Below are positions 1 through 10,791 of a stretch of 64,000 bases of DNA, in pieces. A program made the translations under genes and the position numbers. The notes beneath the pieces are model-generated. The model was not told where the DNA came from and searched no databases. It saw only the letters and a list, made by a program, of their open reading frames with translations. The number at the start of each line of letters is the position of its first letter. Within the stretch, counting starts at the first letter, position 1. The stretch is from Chloroflexota bacterium (GTDB lineage Bacteria > Chloroflexota > Anaerolineae > Anaerolineales > Villigracilaceae), in the NCBI GenBank assembly GCA_016195815.1, contig JACPYX010000004.1:69168-133167 (forward strand), read 5' to 3'.

Positions 1-2
1 AT

Positions 3-272
<270 letters not shown>

Positions 273-280
273 GAGACAAG

Positions 281-1237
281 ATGCCAAATAATAAACTCGC
301 AGTCATTGCTATCGGCGGCAACTCTCTCATCAAGGATGAGAAACACAAAACTGTCGAAGATCAGTACCTCGCCGCCAAAGAAACCTGTCTCCATATTGCC
401 GACATGATCGAGGCCGGCTGGGATGTGGCCATCGGTCACGGGAACGGACCGCAGGTCGGGTTCATTCTGCGCCGTTCGGAGATCGCCGCCAAAGCCGAAG
501 GCATGCACGAAGTGCCTTTGGATGTGTGTGGCGCAGATTCTCAAGGCGCGATCGGTTACGCCCTCCAGCAAAATCTGCAAAACGAATTGTTTCGGCGCGG
601 CATCCACAAACACGTGGCGACTGTGGTCACGCAGGTGCTGGTTGATAAAGACGATCCGGCTTTCAAGAATCCGTCCAAGCCGATTGGCAGTTTCATGGAC
701 GAGGCCGAGGCGAAGCGCCGTGAAAAAGAAATGAATTGGAACGTCGTCGAAGACGCCGGCCGCGGCTGGCGTCGCGTCGTCGCTTCGCCGATCCCGAAAG
801 AGGTCGTGGAAATCGAGGCGGTGCAAACGCTCCTTGAAACCGGCATGGTTGTCGTCACGGTCGGCGGCGGCGGCATCCCGGTCATTGACTTGAGCCATCG
901 CGAATATCAGGGCGTCGCGGCGGTCATTGATAAAGATTATGCGTCCAGCCTGCTGGCGCAGTTGATCAAAGCCGATCTTTTTCTGATCTCGACTGCAATC
1001 GAAAAAGTCGCGCTCAACTTTGGAAAACCGAATCAGAAATTGCTCGATAAGATGACGCTGGCCGAGGCAAAACAATATCTGGCCGAAGGCACGCATTTTG
1101 CAAAAGGTTCGATGGCGCCAAAGATTCAAGCCATCATCTGGTATTTGGAAAACGGCGGCAAGCAGGCGCTCATCACCAACCCTGAAAATATTGGCCGCGC
1201 CCTCAAAGGCGAAACCGGTACTTGGATCGTGCCGTAA
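281..1237 (+). CDS. arcC: Carbamate kinase
   Basis: 318 aa. Motifs IAIGGNSL, GHGNGPQVG and VVTVGGGGIPV are characteristic of the carbamate kinase / amino acid kinase fold. Confidence 0.85.
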   Translation: MPNNKLAVIAIGGNSLIKDEKHKTVEDQYLAAKETCLHIADMIEAGWDVAIGHGNGPQVGFILRRSEIAAKAEGMHEVPLDVCGADSQGAIGYALQQNLQNELFRRGIHKHVATVVTQVLVDKDDPAFKNPSKPIGSFMDEAEAKRREKEMNWNVVEDAGRGWRRVVASPIPKEVVEIEAVQTLLETGMVVVTVGGGGIPVIDLSHREYQGVAAVIDKDYASSLLAQLIKADLFLISTAIEKVALNFGKPNQKLLDKMTLAEAKQYLAEGTHFAKGSMAPKIQAIIWYLENGGKQALITNPENIGRALKGETGTWIVP

Positions 1238-1245
1238 TAAAATTT

Positions 1246-1283
1246 ATGACAGAGGCCGTTCCATGGCCTCTGTCATATTGGTT
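1246..1283 (+). terminator. Hairpin after carbamate kinase (perfect 12-bp stem)
   Basis: ATGACAGAGGCC (1246-1257), loop GTTCCAT, GGCCTCTGTCAT (1265-1276), then ATTGGTT. The U tract is weak. Confidence 0.5.
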
Positions 1284-1297
1284 ATAAAAACAGCATC

Positions 1298-3331
1298 GTG
1301 AAAACATCTCTGCGCCGACTTTCACTTTTTATAGACTCGCCTTTTGCCGCGCCTCTTCTGCTTGCGCTGGTCACGGTGCTGGCATACGGCTTGTTGATTC
1401 CGCAACTCGGCTTTTATTGGGACGAACTGCCGATGTCGTGGATCCGTTACGAGCTTGGCCCCGACGCGATGGCGCGTTACTTCTCGACCAACCGCCCGGT
1501 TTGGGGACTCCTTTATCAACTCACCACGCGGATATTGCCGCAATCCCCGATCTACTGGCAGGTCTTCGGACTGTTCTGGCGATGGATGTCCGCGCTTTTG
1601 GTCTGGGCGATCATACGGGACCTGTGGCCGGGCCGCCGTCAATTGGCTTTGATCGTCAGCCTGTTCTTTCTGCTGTATCCCGGCTTCAATCAGCAATGGA
1701 CGGCGTATCTTTACAGTCACTTCTTCATCGTTCTGTCTTTCTTCCTGTTTTCCATTCTATGTATGCTTTGGTCGCTCCGCTTCCCGCGCTGGTATTGGCC
1801 GTTGACCATTTTGGCGCTGGCCTTCTCGGCCCTCAACTTGTGGATGCTGGAATATTTCTTCACGCTCGAATTTTTCCGCCCGTTTGTCATTTTCTATTTT
1901 GTCTTCTCTTTTGAACATTTGAAAAGTTTTTGGCCCCGCCTGCGGCGAACGATTTTGCTTTGGATCCCTTACCTACTCGTCTTTCTCGCGGACGTTTATT
2001 GGCGGCTCTTCGTTTTCAATAATACCGTCTATCAGCCCGCACTCATTCCAAAGCTCAAAGCCGCGCCGCTGGCGACTCTCGCGGGTTTGGCGAGGACGAT
2101 TTTCTCGAACTTATACACAGTCAGCCTGGCGGCGTGGGGACAGGTCTTCCAGTTTCCCAACCCCGTTGTTGATGGTCCGCGCACAGTTATTTATTATTTG
2201 ATCGTCGTTTTATTGACCGGCCTGCTGGCGGCTTTCTTCCTGTTCGCCAATCGTTCGCCAGACAACGAACATCCGCGAATAAATTTCTGGCCGATTGGGC
2301 TTGGCCTGATTGCCATGCTGGCTGCCGGCGGTCCCTTCTGGCTGGCGGGACTTGACATTACGCTTGCCTATCCGGCCAGCCGATTTACATTGCCTTTCAT
2401 GCTGGGCGTCAGCCTGCTCTTGGCAGGCCTGCTTGAATTTTTCCCCGTGCGCGTTCGGCTGGGAATCGTTTCCGTGTTGATCCTGCTGGCCGCGGGCCGG
2501 CAGGCTTTATGGGCCGATGATTTTCGCCGCGATTGGAACACGCAGAAAACCATATTCTGGCAAATGTTTTGGCGCGCGCCTGGCATTGCGCCCAATACCA
2601 TTGTTCTGCTCAACGACGGCGCGTTCCAATTCTATGCAGATAATTCCCTCGCCGCCGCTTTGAATTGGATTTACGATCCGGGCAATCGTTCCAACGCGAT
2701 GGATTACGTTTTGTTCTTTCCGACGTCGCGTCTGGGCGGCAGCCTGCAGGGATTCGAAGCGGGCCAGCCGGTCACTTATGATTTTATTTCGGAAATCTTT
2801 CGCGGCAATACTTCTCAGGTGATCGCGTTTTATTATCAGCCGCCGGGCTGCCTGCGTTTGCTGGACCCTGAGATCGATTCTCAAAACCGGTTCATCCCCG
2901 ATGCGACACGGATGCGCGAGGCGGCGGGATTGTCCTCGTCGGCGTGGATAACGCCCGACGAAACGGCGCGCATGCCCAAAATCTATGGCCCCGAACCGGC
3001 GCGCGGCTGGTGCTATTATTTCGAGCAGGCCGACCTGGCGCGTCAAATGGGCGATTGGCAACGCGTCGTCGAGTTGGGAGACAAGGCCTTCAACCTGAAT
3101 GATTATCCCAACGATCCCATTGAACGATTCGTTTTTATCGAAGGCTATGCCCATACTGGAAATTGGACGCGCGCCAAAGAATTGGCGATCGCGTCGTATA
3201 AAGTTTCTCCGAATTACGTGAGTCCGCTTTTGTGCCGTTTATTGAATCGCATAGATCGCGGGCTTCCGGCCAGCGGCGAAAAGCAAACCAGTCTGAACGA
3301 CTTGCGTACCAGGTTTTCGTGTTTGCCGTAA
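1298..3331 (+). CDS. Large polytopic membrane protein, putative GT-C fold (ArnT/PMT-like) glycosyltransferase with soluble TPR-like C-terminus
   Basis: 677 aa with many hydrophobic helices. An acidic first-loop motif FYWDELP fits GT-C enzymes. GTG start. The family assignment is tentative. Confidence 0.5.
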   Translation: MKTSLRRLSLFIDSPFAAPLLLALVTVLAYGLLIPQLGFYWDELPMSWIRYELGPDAMARYFSTNRPVWGLLYQLTTRILPQSPIYWQVFGLFWRWMSALLVWAIIRDLWPGRRQLALIVSLFFLLYPGFNQQWTAYLYSHFFIVLSFFLFSILCMLWSLRFPRWYWPLTILALAFSALNLWMLEYFFTLEFFRPFVIFYFVFSFEHLKSFWPRLRRTILLWIPYLLVFLADVYWRLFVFNNTVYQPALIPKLKAAPLATLAGLARTIFSNLYTVSLAAWGQVFQFPNPVVDGPRTVIYYLIVVLLTGLLAAFFLFANRSPDNEHPRINFWPIGLGLIAMLAAGGPFWLAGLDITLAYPASRFTLPFMLGVSLLLAGLLEFFPVRVRLGIVSVLILLAAGRQALWADDFRRDWNTQKTIFWQMFWRAPGIAPNTIVLLNDGAFQFYADNSLAAALNWIYDPGNRSNAMDYVLFFPTSRLGGSLQGFEAGQPVTYDFISEIFRGNTSQVIAFYYQPPGCLRLLDPEIDSQNRFIPDATRMREAAGLSSSAWITPDETARMPKIYGPEPARGWCYYFEQADLARQMGDWQRVVELGDKAFNLNDYPNDPIERFVFIEGYAHTGNWTRAKELAIASYKVSPNYVSPLLCRLLNRIDRGLPASGEKQTSLNDLRTRFSCLP

Positions 3332-3475
3332 AATAGAAATGTTAAGTTTCTTCCCGAAATAATCTGTTGTTGATACAATCATCTGCAAGAATTGAAAGGA
3401 GGCGGCAGAAAGACGATTTCTCTCACGAAGCGCTTTGAAGAACGAAGTCCAAAATTTAAACAGGAGAAGAAGAAA

Positions 3476-4747
3476 ATGCGTAAGACAATTTTGCAATTCG
3501 CTTTACTGGCAGTGGCTTTTGCGATGGTTCTTTCCGCATGTGGCACTGCTCCAACTGCTGCTCCCGTGGCATCCGAAGCGCCCGCTGTTACTCAAGCTCC
3601 GGTCGTAACTGAAGCTCCGACGGTAGCGCCGACTGCAGCACCATTTACTTTTGGCATCTTGTTGGTTGGGCCTTACAATGACCAGGGCTGGAGTCAGGCG
3701 ACCTACGAAGGCGCTCAGTATGCCGAGAAACAACTTGGCGGCAAATTGGTTTACATTGACAAAGTAAACCCCGCGGATCGTCCCGGCACGACCGCTTCGC
3801 AATTGGCGGAGCAACTTGTCAACCAGGGCGCGAAGCTCGTCATCTTCAACTCGGACGACATGAAGGATGAAGCCCTCAAATTTGCGCAGGCCAATCCCGA
3901 TATTTATGTCATCGGTGCCTCGCTTGACTGGACATGGAAAGACGGTAAGAACTACAAAGAGTCACCCAATCAGACCGATATCATGGGCCGCATGGAATAT
4001 GGCAAGATGATAGCCGGTTGTGCCGCCGCCCTCACCACACAGACCGGAAAGATCGGCTACCTCGGGCCACTTATCAACGATGAGACCCGCCGCCTGGCTT
4101 CCTCCGCCTATCTGGGCGCGAAGTATTGCTGGACGAATTACCTCGGCAAGAATGCGGCAGACCTCAAATTCAAAGTCACCTGGATTGGTTTCTGGTTCAA
4201 CATCCCCGGCGTCACTTCCGACCCGACTCAGGTCGCGGATGAATTCTTCAACAGCGGCTATGATGTCGTCCTCTCTGGCATAGACACGACCGAAGCCAGC
4301 AAGGAAGCCGCCAAGTCTGCCGCGAGCGGCAAAAAGGCCTGGGCCATCCCGTACGATTACGTTGGCTCTTGCGAAGCCGCACCGGATGTCTGCCTCGGTG
4401 TTCCATACTTCAACTGGGGTCCCGCGTTTGCGGCAACGATCAAGACTGCATCCGATGGAACCTGGAAGTCTAACTTCCAGTGGAACGCGCCAGACTGGAA
4501 AGACATCAACAACAAAGACACCAGCGCAGTTGGCTTCGTCAAGGGCAAAGCCCTCTCCGCCGATGCCGGCGCAAATGTTGATAAATTCATCGCCGAACTG
4601 GCGGGCGGCCTGAACCTGTGGACCGGCCCGATCAATCTGCAAGACGGTACAGCTTATCTCAAAGATGGCGAAGTCGGCACTGACTTGCAAGTCTGGTATC
4701 TGCCGCAATTGCTCAAAGGCATGGAAGGCCAGAGTGTTTCGCAGTAA
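3476..4747 (+). CDS. BMP-family (nucleoside/purine type) ABC transporter substrate-binding lipoprotein
   Basis: AGGAG-like SD precedes the ATG at 3476. Signal peptide with lipobox LSAC-G, followed by an Ala/Pro/Thr-rich linker. BMP/PnrA-like body. Confidence 0.85.
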   Translation: MRKTILQFALLAVAFAMVLSACGTAPTAAPVASEAPAVTQAPVVTEAPTVAPTAAPFTFGILLVGPYNDQGWSQATYEGAQYAEKQLGGKLVYIDKVNPADRPGTTASQLAEQLVNQGAKLVIFNSDDMKDEALKFAQANPDIYVIGASLDWTWKDGKNYKESPNQTDIMGRMEYGKMIAGCAAALTTQTGKIGYLGPLINDETRRLASSAYLGAKYCWTNYLGKNAADLKFKVTWIGFWFNIPGVTSDPTQVADEFFNSGYDVVLSGIDTTEASKEAAKSAASGKKAWAIPYDYVGSCEAAPDVCLGVPYFNWGPAFAATIKTASDGTWKSNFQWNAPDWKDINNKDTSAVGFVKGKALSADAGANVDKFIAELAGGLNLWTGPINLQDGTAYLKDGEVGTDLQVWYLPQLLKGMEGQSVSQ

Positions 4748-4762
4748 GCCTGTTTAGTTTAT

Positions 4763-4791
4763 AACGGGGGAGGGCATTGCTCTCCCCCGTT
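4763..4791 (+). terminator. Intra-operon hairpin between SBP and ATPase genes (partial terminator / mRNA stabiliser)
   Basis: AACGGGGGAG (4763-4772) pairs with CTCCCCCGTT (4782-4791), a 10-bp GC-rich stem. There is no strong U tract. Confidence 0.4.
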
Positions 4792-4856
4792 CCTTAATTA
4801 TGGCCGCAAGAAAAATTTCCCTGCCCCGATCAGGGGACGCGAGTTGAGGACAGCCC

Positions 4857-6356
4857 ATGAACGTTGAACTCCGCAACATTCACAAGCATTTCGGCAAAGT
4901 CCATGCAAACAACGACATTCATTTAAATATTCCGGCCGGGACCATCCAAGGCATTCTGGGGGAAAACGGCGCGGGCAAAAGCACACTGATGAAAATCCTG
5001 TCGGGCTTTATTCAAGCCGATAGCGGCGAAATTTTGCTCGATAATCAACCTGTTATTATCCATTCCCCTGCCGACGCCATTCATCATGGCGTCGGCATGT
5101 TGCATCAGGATCCGCTGGATTTTCCGCCGATGCGTGTGCTCGACAATTTTTTGCTCGGGCGCGCAGGCGGACTCTTTCCCGATCGAAAAACGGTCGCGCG
5201 GGACTTCACGCGGCTCGCGGCTCAATTCGACTTTTCCCTCGACCCCGACTCTTATGTCGACTCATTGACCGTCGGCGAACGGCAGCAATTGGAGATATTG
5301 CGCCTGCTGTGGCTCGGCGCGCGTGTTCTTATCCTTGACGAACCTACAACCGGCATCAGCGCCAGCCAAAAAGAAAAACTTTTTGAAACTCTTCGTAAAC
5401 TTGCCGGACAAGGCATGAGCATCATCTTCGTCTCACATAAGCTGGAGGATGTCGAATCGCTTTGCGGCGCGGTGGCCGTACTTCAAGCCGGGAAACTGGT
5501 CGGGGAGGCCAGGCCGCCCTTCCCAACGAAGAAATTGGTGGAGATGATGTTTGGCAGGGAAATTTCCCTCGGCGCGCGGCAGGCTGCAAGTTCGGGACGA
5601 AGCGTGCTTGAATTGCGCGGCGTCGCCTTGGAAGACATCCGCTTTCAAATGTCTGGCATTGATCTTGATGTGCGTGCCGGGGAGGTCATCGGCCTGGCGG
5701 GCATGGAGGGCAGCGGACAAGGCGCGTTCATCCGCGCATGTGCAGGATTGACGCGGCCGGTGGGCGGGCGCGTGGTATTGAATGGCCGTGATCTAACGGG
5801 CAAATCGTATCATGTCTTCAAACACGGCGGTGTTTCATTCCTGCCGGCCTCGCGCCTGGAGGAGGGCCTGGTTCCGGGCTTATCGTTGACCGAACATTTT
5901 GTGCTGGCTGAAGAAACGCGCGGTATTTTCATTGACCGCACTGCGGGACATAAACTTGCCGAAGGGAGAATCAAAGCATTCAACATTCGGGGTACGCCGG
6001 CCAGCCCGGTTGAATCTTTATCGGGCGGCAATCAGCAACGCGCCCTGCTGGCTTTGCTCAAGTCGCCTCTTTCGCTGGTTTTACTTGAACACCCGACGCG
6101 CGGCTTGGATATTGAATCGGTTATTTATATTTGGAGCAAATTGAAGGAGCGTTGCAAGCAGGGCGCGGCGATTGTTTTCATTTCGTCTGATCTGGAAGAA
6201 GTTTTGCAATACAGTGATCGCGTATTGGTCTTCTTTAGCGGAAAGGTTTCGAAACCGCTGGAGGCCTCGAAGACGACCGTCGAACAATTGGGGAATTTGA
6301 TCGGCGGCAAGGATTGGGAATCTCTGGATTTGGAGAAGGCGCATGTTAAAAAATAA
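4857..6356 (+). CDS. ABC transporter ATP-binding protein, duplicated ATPase cassette (sugar/nucleoside type)
   Basis: 499 aa. Walker A GENGAGKST, signature LTVGERQQLEI, second degenerate cassette with LSGGNQQR. Confidence 0.9.
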   Translation: MNVELRNIHKHFGKVHANNDIHLNIPAGTIQGILGENGAGKSTLMKILSGFIQADSGEILLDNQPVIIHSPADAIHHGVGMLHQDPLDFPPMRVLDNFLLGRAGGLFPDRKTVARDFTRLAAQFDFSLDPDSYVDSLTVGERQQLEILRLLWLGARVLILDEPTTGISASQKEKLFETLRKLAGQGMSIIFVSHKLEDVESLCGAVAVLQAGKLVGEARPPFPTKKLVEMMFGREISLGARQAASSGRSVLELRGVALEDIRFQMSGIDLDVRAGEVIGLAGMEGSGQGAFIRACAGLTRPVGGRVVLNGRDLTGKSYHVFKHGGVSFLPASRLEEGLVPGLSLTEHFVLAEETRGIFIDRTAGHKLAEGRIKAFNIRGTPASPVESLSGGNQQRALLALLKSPLSLVLLEHPTRGLDIESVIYIWSKLKERCKQGAAIVFISSDLEEVLQYSDRVLVFFSGKVSKPLEASKTTVEQLGNLIGGKDWESLDLEKAHVKK

Positions 6357-7383
6357 CCGCTGGATCAATCTGGCTTTTCAATTGGCGGCGCTGTTGCTGG
6401 CGGTGATCTTTACTACATTGATCCTGCTTGCCGCTGGCGCGCCGCCCCTGGAAGCCTATAAGAATATTTTGATGGGCGCCTTCGGTTCGTTGGATAATTT
6501 TGCCAATGTGCTGGTAGCCTGGGTGCCTTTGTTGTTGACGACCGCCGGTTTGCTCATTACGTTTTCAGCCGGGTTGTGGAATATCGGCGTGGAAGGACAG
6601 ATCATGCTGGGCGCGATATTCACAACATGGGTCATGCGCTTGTTGCAGGATACAACCATGCCGCCCGCGTTGATTCTCACATTGGCAATTCTGGCGGGGA
6701 TGGTGGGCGGCGCGCTATGGGCCATGCTGGCGGGCGCGCTCAAGACCTTTGGCGGCGTAAACGAAATCTTCGGCGGCCTTGGCTTGAATTTTGTCGCCAC
6801 CGCGCTGACCTTGTGGCTGATCTTTGGCCCATGGAAACGGCCGGGCGTAGCCTCCATGTCTGGCACGGTTCCATTTGATGACAGGCTTTCTTTGACGGTG
6901 TTCACCGGCCTGCGGCTCAGCCCATGGGCTTTGGTAATTGCAGTTGCGGCCATTGTCGTCGTCTATCTGCTTCTGCAGGGAACGTATTTTGGCCTGCGTC
7001 TCAAGGCGGTTGGCAGGAATGCCAGGGCCGCTTTTCTGCTTGGCATTCCAACTTGGCAATATATGATGATGTCTTTTGCACTGTGCGGGTTATTTGCGGG
7101 CGCGGCAGGCGCAATGCAGGTTGTGGCGGTTTATCATCGCCTCATCCCTTCGATCTCAAGCGGATATGGTTATCTGGGCCTGATAGTTGCAATGCTGGTC
7201 AATTATCAGGCCTTATGGGCCGCGCCGGTTGCGCTCTTTTATGCGGCTCTAAATATCGGCAGTATCCAATTGCCCATCGTGCTCAAACTCGATTCTTCGC
7301 TCTCCGGCGTTTTGCAGGGAATGCTGGTCTTATTTGTGGTGCTGGTCGAAGGCGCGCGCCAGCAGTTGATGAAGAAATCGTGA
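6343..7383 (+). CDS. ABC transporter permease (BMP-system type)
   Basis: 346 aa polytopic protein. It overlaps the ATPase stop by 14 nt. The NIGVEGQ motif is typical of this permease family. Confidence 0.85.
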   Translation: MLKNNRWINLAFQLAALLLAVIFTTLILLAAGAPPLEAYKNILMGAFGSLDNFANVLVAWVPLLLTTAGLLITFSAGLWNIGVEGQIMLGAIFTTWVMRLLQDTTMPPALILTLAILAGMVGGALWAMLAGALKTFGGVNEIFGGLGLNFVATALTLWLIFGPWKRPGVASMSGTVPFDDRLSLTVFTGLRLSPWALVIAVAAIVVVYLLLQGTYFGLRLKAVGRNARAAFLLGIPTWQYMMMSFALCGLFAGAAGAMQVVAVYHRLIPSISSGYGYLGLIVAMLVNYQALWAAPVALFYAALNIGSIQLPIVLKLDSSLSGVLQGMLVLFVVLVEGARQQLMKKS

Positions 7384-7390
7384 GGCATCC

Positions 7391-8389
7391 GTGGATACTC
7401 AAACTTTAATTATCGGATTGGCTGGAGTTTTATTTGCCGCGGCGCCCATCGTCTTCGCGGTGCTTGGCGAAACTCTTTCGGAGCGGGCGGGCGTCATCAA
7501 CCTTTCGATGAATGGCAGTATTATCCTTTCTGCGATGGGCGGATTTGCCGTTGCTTATAAAACTGACAATATCTTTCTGGGCTTCTTAACCGGGATGGCC
7601 ATCGGCGCGGCGGTTGCTCTTATCGTTGCGTTCGCATCCATTACGTTGAAGCAGTCTCAGGTCGCAGTTGGATTCGTGTTGACTCTCGTCAGCCGCGACC
7701 TTTCTTACTTCCTCGGCAATCCATTCATGGGGCAACCCGGGCCGCGTCTGTCTTCTCTGTCAATTCCTGGTCTTGCAGATATTCCTTTTATCGGTCCCTT
7801 ATTGTTCAAACACGACCTGATGACGTACTTCAGTTTTCTTTTCATTTTCCTGGCCTGGGCCTGGATCTTTCGCACGCGCCCCGGCCTGATGCTGCAGGGC
7901 ATCGGCGAGCGCCCCGCGGCAGCTTTTGTGCGCGGCGCAAACGTCAACCGCCTGCGTTACTTCTACACTGTGTTGGGCGGCGCGTTAATCGGCCTGGCCG
8001 GCCCGACATATTCGCTCTCGGTCAAGGCGGGTTGGAATGGCACCATTTCCGGCCTCGATGGCATTGGCTGGATCGCGCTTTCGATTACGATTTTCGGCGG
8101 ATGGAATCCGCTGCGGGCCGCGTTCGGTGCGTATCTGTTCGCTCTGCTCCAATGGCTTGGACTTGTCCTTCAACCGAGTCTGCCGGGCATTCCTTCGCAA
8201 GTGTTGCAAGTTGCGCCTTTTCCACTGATGATCCTGACCCTGCTCTTCGTCAACATTGGCAACGCTGAATGGGTCGAGCGGACTCTGGCGGCCATGCCTG
8301 AACCTACAAGGCGCGTGACGGCCAAGGTATTGCGCGCCCTGCGCGCCTCTCCGCCCGCCGCGCTGGGTGTGCCGTTCGAGAGAGATTAA
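7391..8389 (+). CDS. ABC transporter permease (second subunit)
   Basis: 332 aa polytopic protein immediately after the first permease. Confidence 0.85.
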   Translation: MDTQTLIIGLAGVLFAAAPIVFAVLGETLSERAGVINLSMNGSIILSAMGGFAVAYKTDNIFLGFLTGMAIGAAVALIVAFASITLKQSQVAVGFVLTLVSRDLSYFLGNPFMGQPGPRLSSLSIPGLADIPFIGPLLFKHDLMTYFSFLFIFLAWAWIFRTRPGLMLQGIGERPAAAFVRGANVNRLRYFYTVLGGALIGLAGPTYSLSVKAGWNGTISGLDGIGWIALSITIFGGWNPLRAAFGAYLFALLQWLGLVLQPSLPGIPSQVLQVAPFPLMILTLLFVNIGNAEWVERTLAAMPEPTRRVTAKVLRALRASPPAALGVPFERD

Positions 8390-8557
8390 CTTCATTTTGC
8401 AGTTGACGCATTGGGTTCGATGTAAGAGCAATTATCTGAGCTAAACGCGAGAGGGAGGATAGGTCTTTCTTACTGGTTCGTCTTCTCATTACTGTTGGCG
8501 TGTTCGCGCAGAGTTGTAATTGCGGATGACTATCATACAATTTCAATTACAAAATGT

Positions 8558-8587
8558 CTGACAAATTTTACAGGCTTCCAGTATACT
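8558..8587 (+). promoter_or_regulatory. Candidate sigma-70 promoter for the second ABC operon
   Basis: CTGACA (8558-8563), 18-nt spacer, TATACT (8582-8587). AGGAG lies at 8596-8600, ahead of the GTG at 8608. Confidence 0.35.
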
Positions 8588-8607
8588 GAAATAGCAGGAG
8601 CGATCAT

Positions 8608-9768
8608 GTGGCAATGAAAAAATTGTTGCAAAGCGAATGGGTCTCTCGTCTCGTTGATGTGCTCCTGCCTGTCTTCGCGGCGTTGGCGGCATTGTTCGTC
8701 GGCGCGGTGATGCTGCTGTTTTTGAAAGTTAATCCCATCGAAGCATACAAAGCTCTGTGGGATGGCGCATTCGGCAGTTCGAATGCCTTTGCAGAGACGC
8801 TGGTCAAAGCCACGCCTTTGCTTTTGGTTGCATTAGGCATATGCATCTCCTTCCGCGCGGACGTGATCAACATCGGCGGCGAAGGGCAAATGATCGTCGG
8901 CGCAATTTTCGCCACATGGGTCGGGCTGACTTTCACCGGCCTGCCAGGTTGGCTGGTGATCACTCTCGCCATGCTGGCGGGATTTGCAGGCGGTGGAATT
9001 TGGGGCGGCATACCAGGTTTATTAAAAGCTTATTTCAATGTGAATGAAATCTTAAGTACCGTGATGATGAATGCCATCGCGGTGCAGTTGATGAACTTCC
9101 TTTTGCGCGGACCGCTGATCGATCCCGCTCAGGCCGAATTGGCTTCGAAGATTCCCCAAACGGCACGCCTGCTTGAAGCCTTTCAACTGCCTCGTTTGAT
9201 TCCCACCCGCTTGCATCTCGGCGCCCTGATCGCAGTAATTCTGGCCGTTCTGGTTTATATCCTTTTGTGGCGCACGACGCTCGGTTATCGCATCCGCGCG
9301 GTGGGACAGAATCCACATGCTTCACGATACGCCGGGATTAAAGTTCAACGCCATGTGGTGCTGGCTTTGTTGTTGAGCGGAGCGTTTGCGGGCTTAGCGG
9401 GTGCAACCCAGGTCTTCGGCGTAAACTATCGCATGATTACTGACGGCTCCGCTTCGGGGTTCACGGGAAGCGCCGGGTTCAATGGGATTGTAGCCGCGTT
9501 GTTTGGGCAATTGCATCCGATCTTGTCTATCCCTGCTTCGATATTATTTGGCGCGCTTTTGGTCGGCGCGAACAAAATGCAGAGGGTGGTACAGGTTCCA
9601 TCTGCCTTGATAATTGCTCTCAATGGATTGGTGGTAGTCTTTGTTGTGAGCAGTGAAGTCTGGAGACGGAGAAGACAAAAGCGGAGGCTGGCCGCTGCCG
9701 GGCAGGATGACGAATCTTCGCCTCATGCAGGCGGCGAAAAATCGCAGCAAGCGGAGACTGACGCATGA
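8608..9768 (+). CDS. ABC transporter permease (BMP-system type), with charged C-terminal tail
   Basis: 386 aa with motif NIGGEGQ. GTG start 7 nt after AGGAG. An alternative ATG lies at 8614. Confidence 0.85.
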   Translation: MAMKKLLQSEWVSRLVDVLLPVFAALAALFVGAVMLLFLKVNPIEAYKALWDGAFGSSNAFAETLVKATPLLLVALGICISFRADVINIGGEGQMIVGAIFATWVGLTFTGLPGWLVITLAMLAGFAGGGIWGGIPGLLKAYFNVNEILSTVMMNAIAVQLMNFLLRGPLIDPAQAELASKIPQTARLLEAFQLPRLIPTRLHLGALIAVILAVLVYILLWRTTLGYRIRAVGQNPHASRYAGIKVQRHVVLALLLSGAFAGLAGATQVFGVNYRMITDGSASGFTGSAGFNGIVAALFGQLHPILSIPASILFGALLVGANKMQRVVQVPSALIIALNGLVVVFVVSSEVWRRRRQKRRLAAAGQDDESSPHAGGEKSQQAETDA

Positions 9769-10697
9769 TCTCAGACCTGTTTTCTACGACCGTATTGATC
9801 GGCATTCTCGCTTCCGGGATTCGTCTGGCTACTCCATACTTGTATGCTTCGATCGGCGAGGTATTTGGTCAAAAAAGCGGGGTACTTAACTTGGGCATTG
9901 AGGGACAGATGCTTTTGGGCGCGTTCGCCGCATTCTATGTTGCGCTAACCACTGGAAATTTATGGCTCGGTGTGCTGGTCGCCATGATTGTTGGCGCGGT
10001 GATGGGGTTGGCCATGGCGTTCGTGACTGTCAACCTGCGTGCCCAGCAGGGCATCAGCGGCATCGGCTTTTATCTGTTCGGCATGGGCGTGAGCGATCTG
10101 CTTTTTCAGAAATTACTTGGCACGGTGGAAACTGTCAAAGGCTTTCCGAAGATTTTCATTCCCGGCCTGAGTGATATACCTGGCGTTGGGGAAATTTTCT
10201 TTAGCCAAAACCTGCTTGTGTATATTGCTTACCTTCTCGTTCCTATTGCTTGGTTCGTTCTGAATAAGACAACCCTCGGATTAAAGATTCGTTCGGTGGG
10301 AGAAAACCCGGATGCGGCGGATTCGCTCGGGGTCAGCGTGGCGCGCATCAGGTATTTCACGATCATCCTCGGCGGGATTCTGTCCGCCGTCGCGGGAGCG
10401 TCCCTTTCCATCGCTTTATTGAACGTATTCCAGCAAAACATGACCAGCGGGCTGGGCTTTATCGCGGTGGCGCTGGTGTACTTCGGCGCGTGGAAGCCGG
10501 CTGGTGTTTTGGGGGGCGCATTATTGTTCAGCATGATTAACTCTTTGCAGTTATGGATTCAGGTGCTGGGCATTCCCATTCCATCCGATATCGCGGTGAT
10601 GATGCCGTATGTGCTGACGATATTGGTTTTGGTTGCCGCCGTTTCAAGAGTAAGGGCACCCTCTGCGCTGACAAAACCTTTTGAGCGGGAAGATTGA
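9765..10697 (+). CDS. ABC transporter permease (second subunit)
   Basis: 310 aa with motif NLGIEGQ. ATGA start/stop overlap with the upstream permease. Confidence 0.85.
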   Translation: MISDLFSTTVLIGILASGIRLATPYLYASIGEVFGQKSGVLNLGIEGQMLLGAFAAFYVALTTGNLWLGVLVAMIVGAVMGLAMAFVTVNLRAQQGISGIGFYLFGMGVSDLLFQKLLGTVETVKGFPKIFIPGLSDIPGVGEIFFSQNLLVYIAYLLVPIAWFVLNKTTLGLKIRSVGENPDAADSLGVSVARIRYFTIILGGILSAVAGASLSIALLNVFQQNMTSGLGFIAVALVYFGAWKPAGVLGGALLFSMINSLQLWIQVLGIPIPSDIAVMMPYVLTILVLVAAVSRVRAPSALTKPFERED

Positions 10698-10791
10698 CTT
10701 TTTATGGAAAAGGAGGTGTGTTTGATAAGAAGGCGAACTAGAATTCTGAAAAAACAAAGTGTTATTACCTATCCAAAATAAGGAGAAGAAG

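Noticed and set aside
8390-8557. tRNA or small RNA in the inter-operon spacer (GGGTTCGAT at ~8417) and similar GGTTCGAT strings at 11858 and 51828
   Set aside because: No matching acceptor or T-stem complement, or D-loop and anticodon arms, are present around these strings. No cloverleaf can be drawn.
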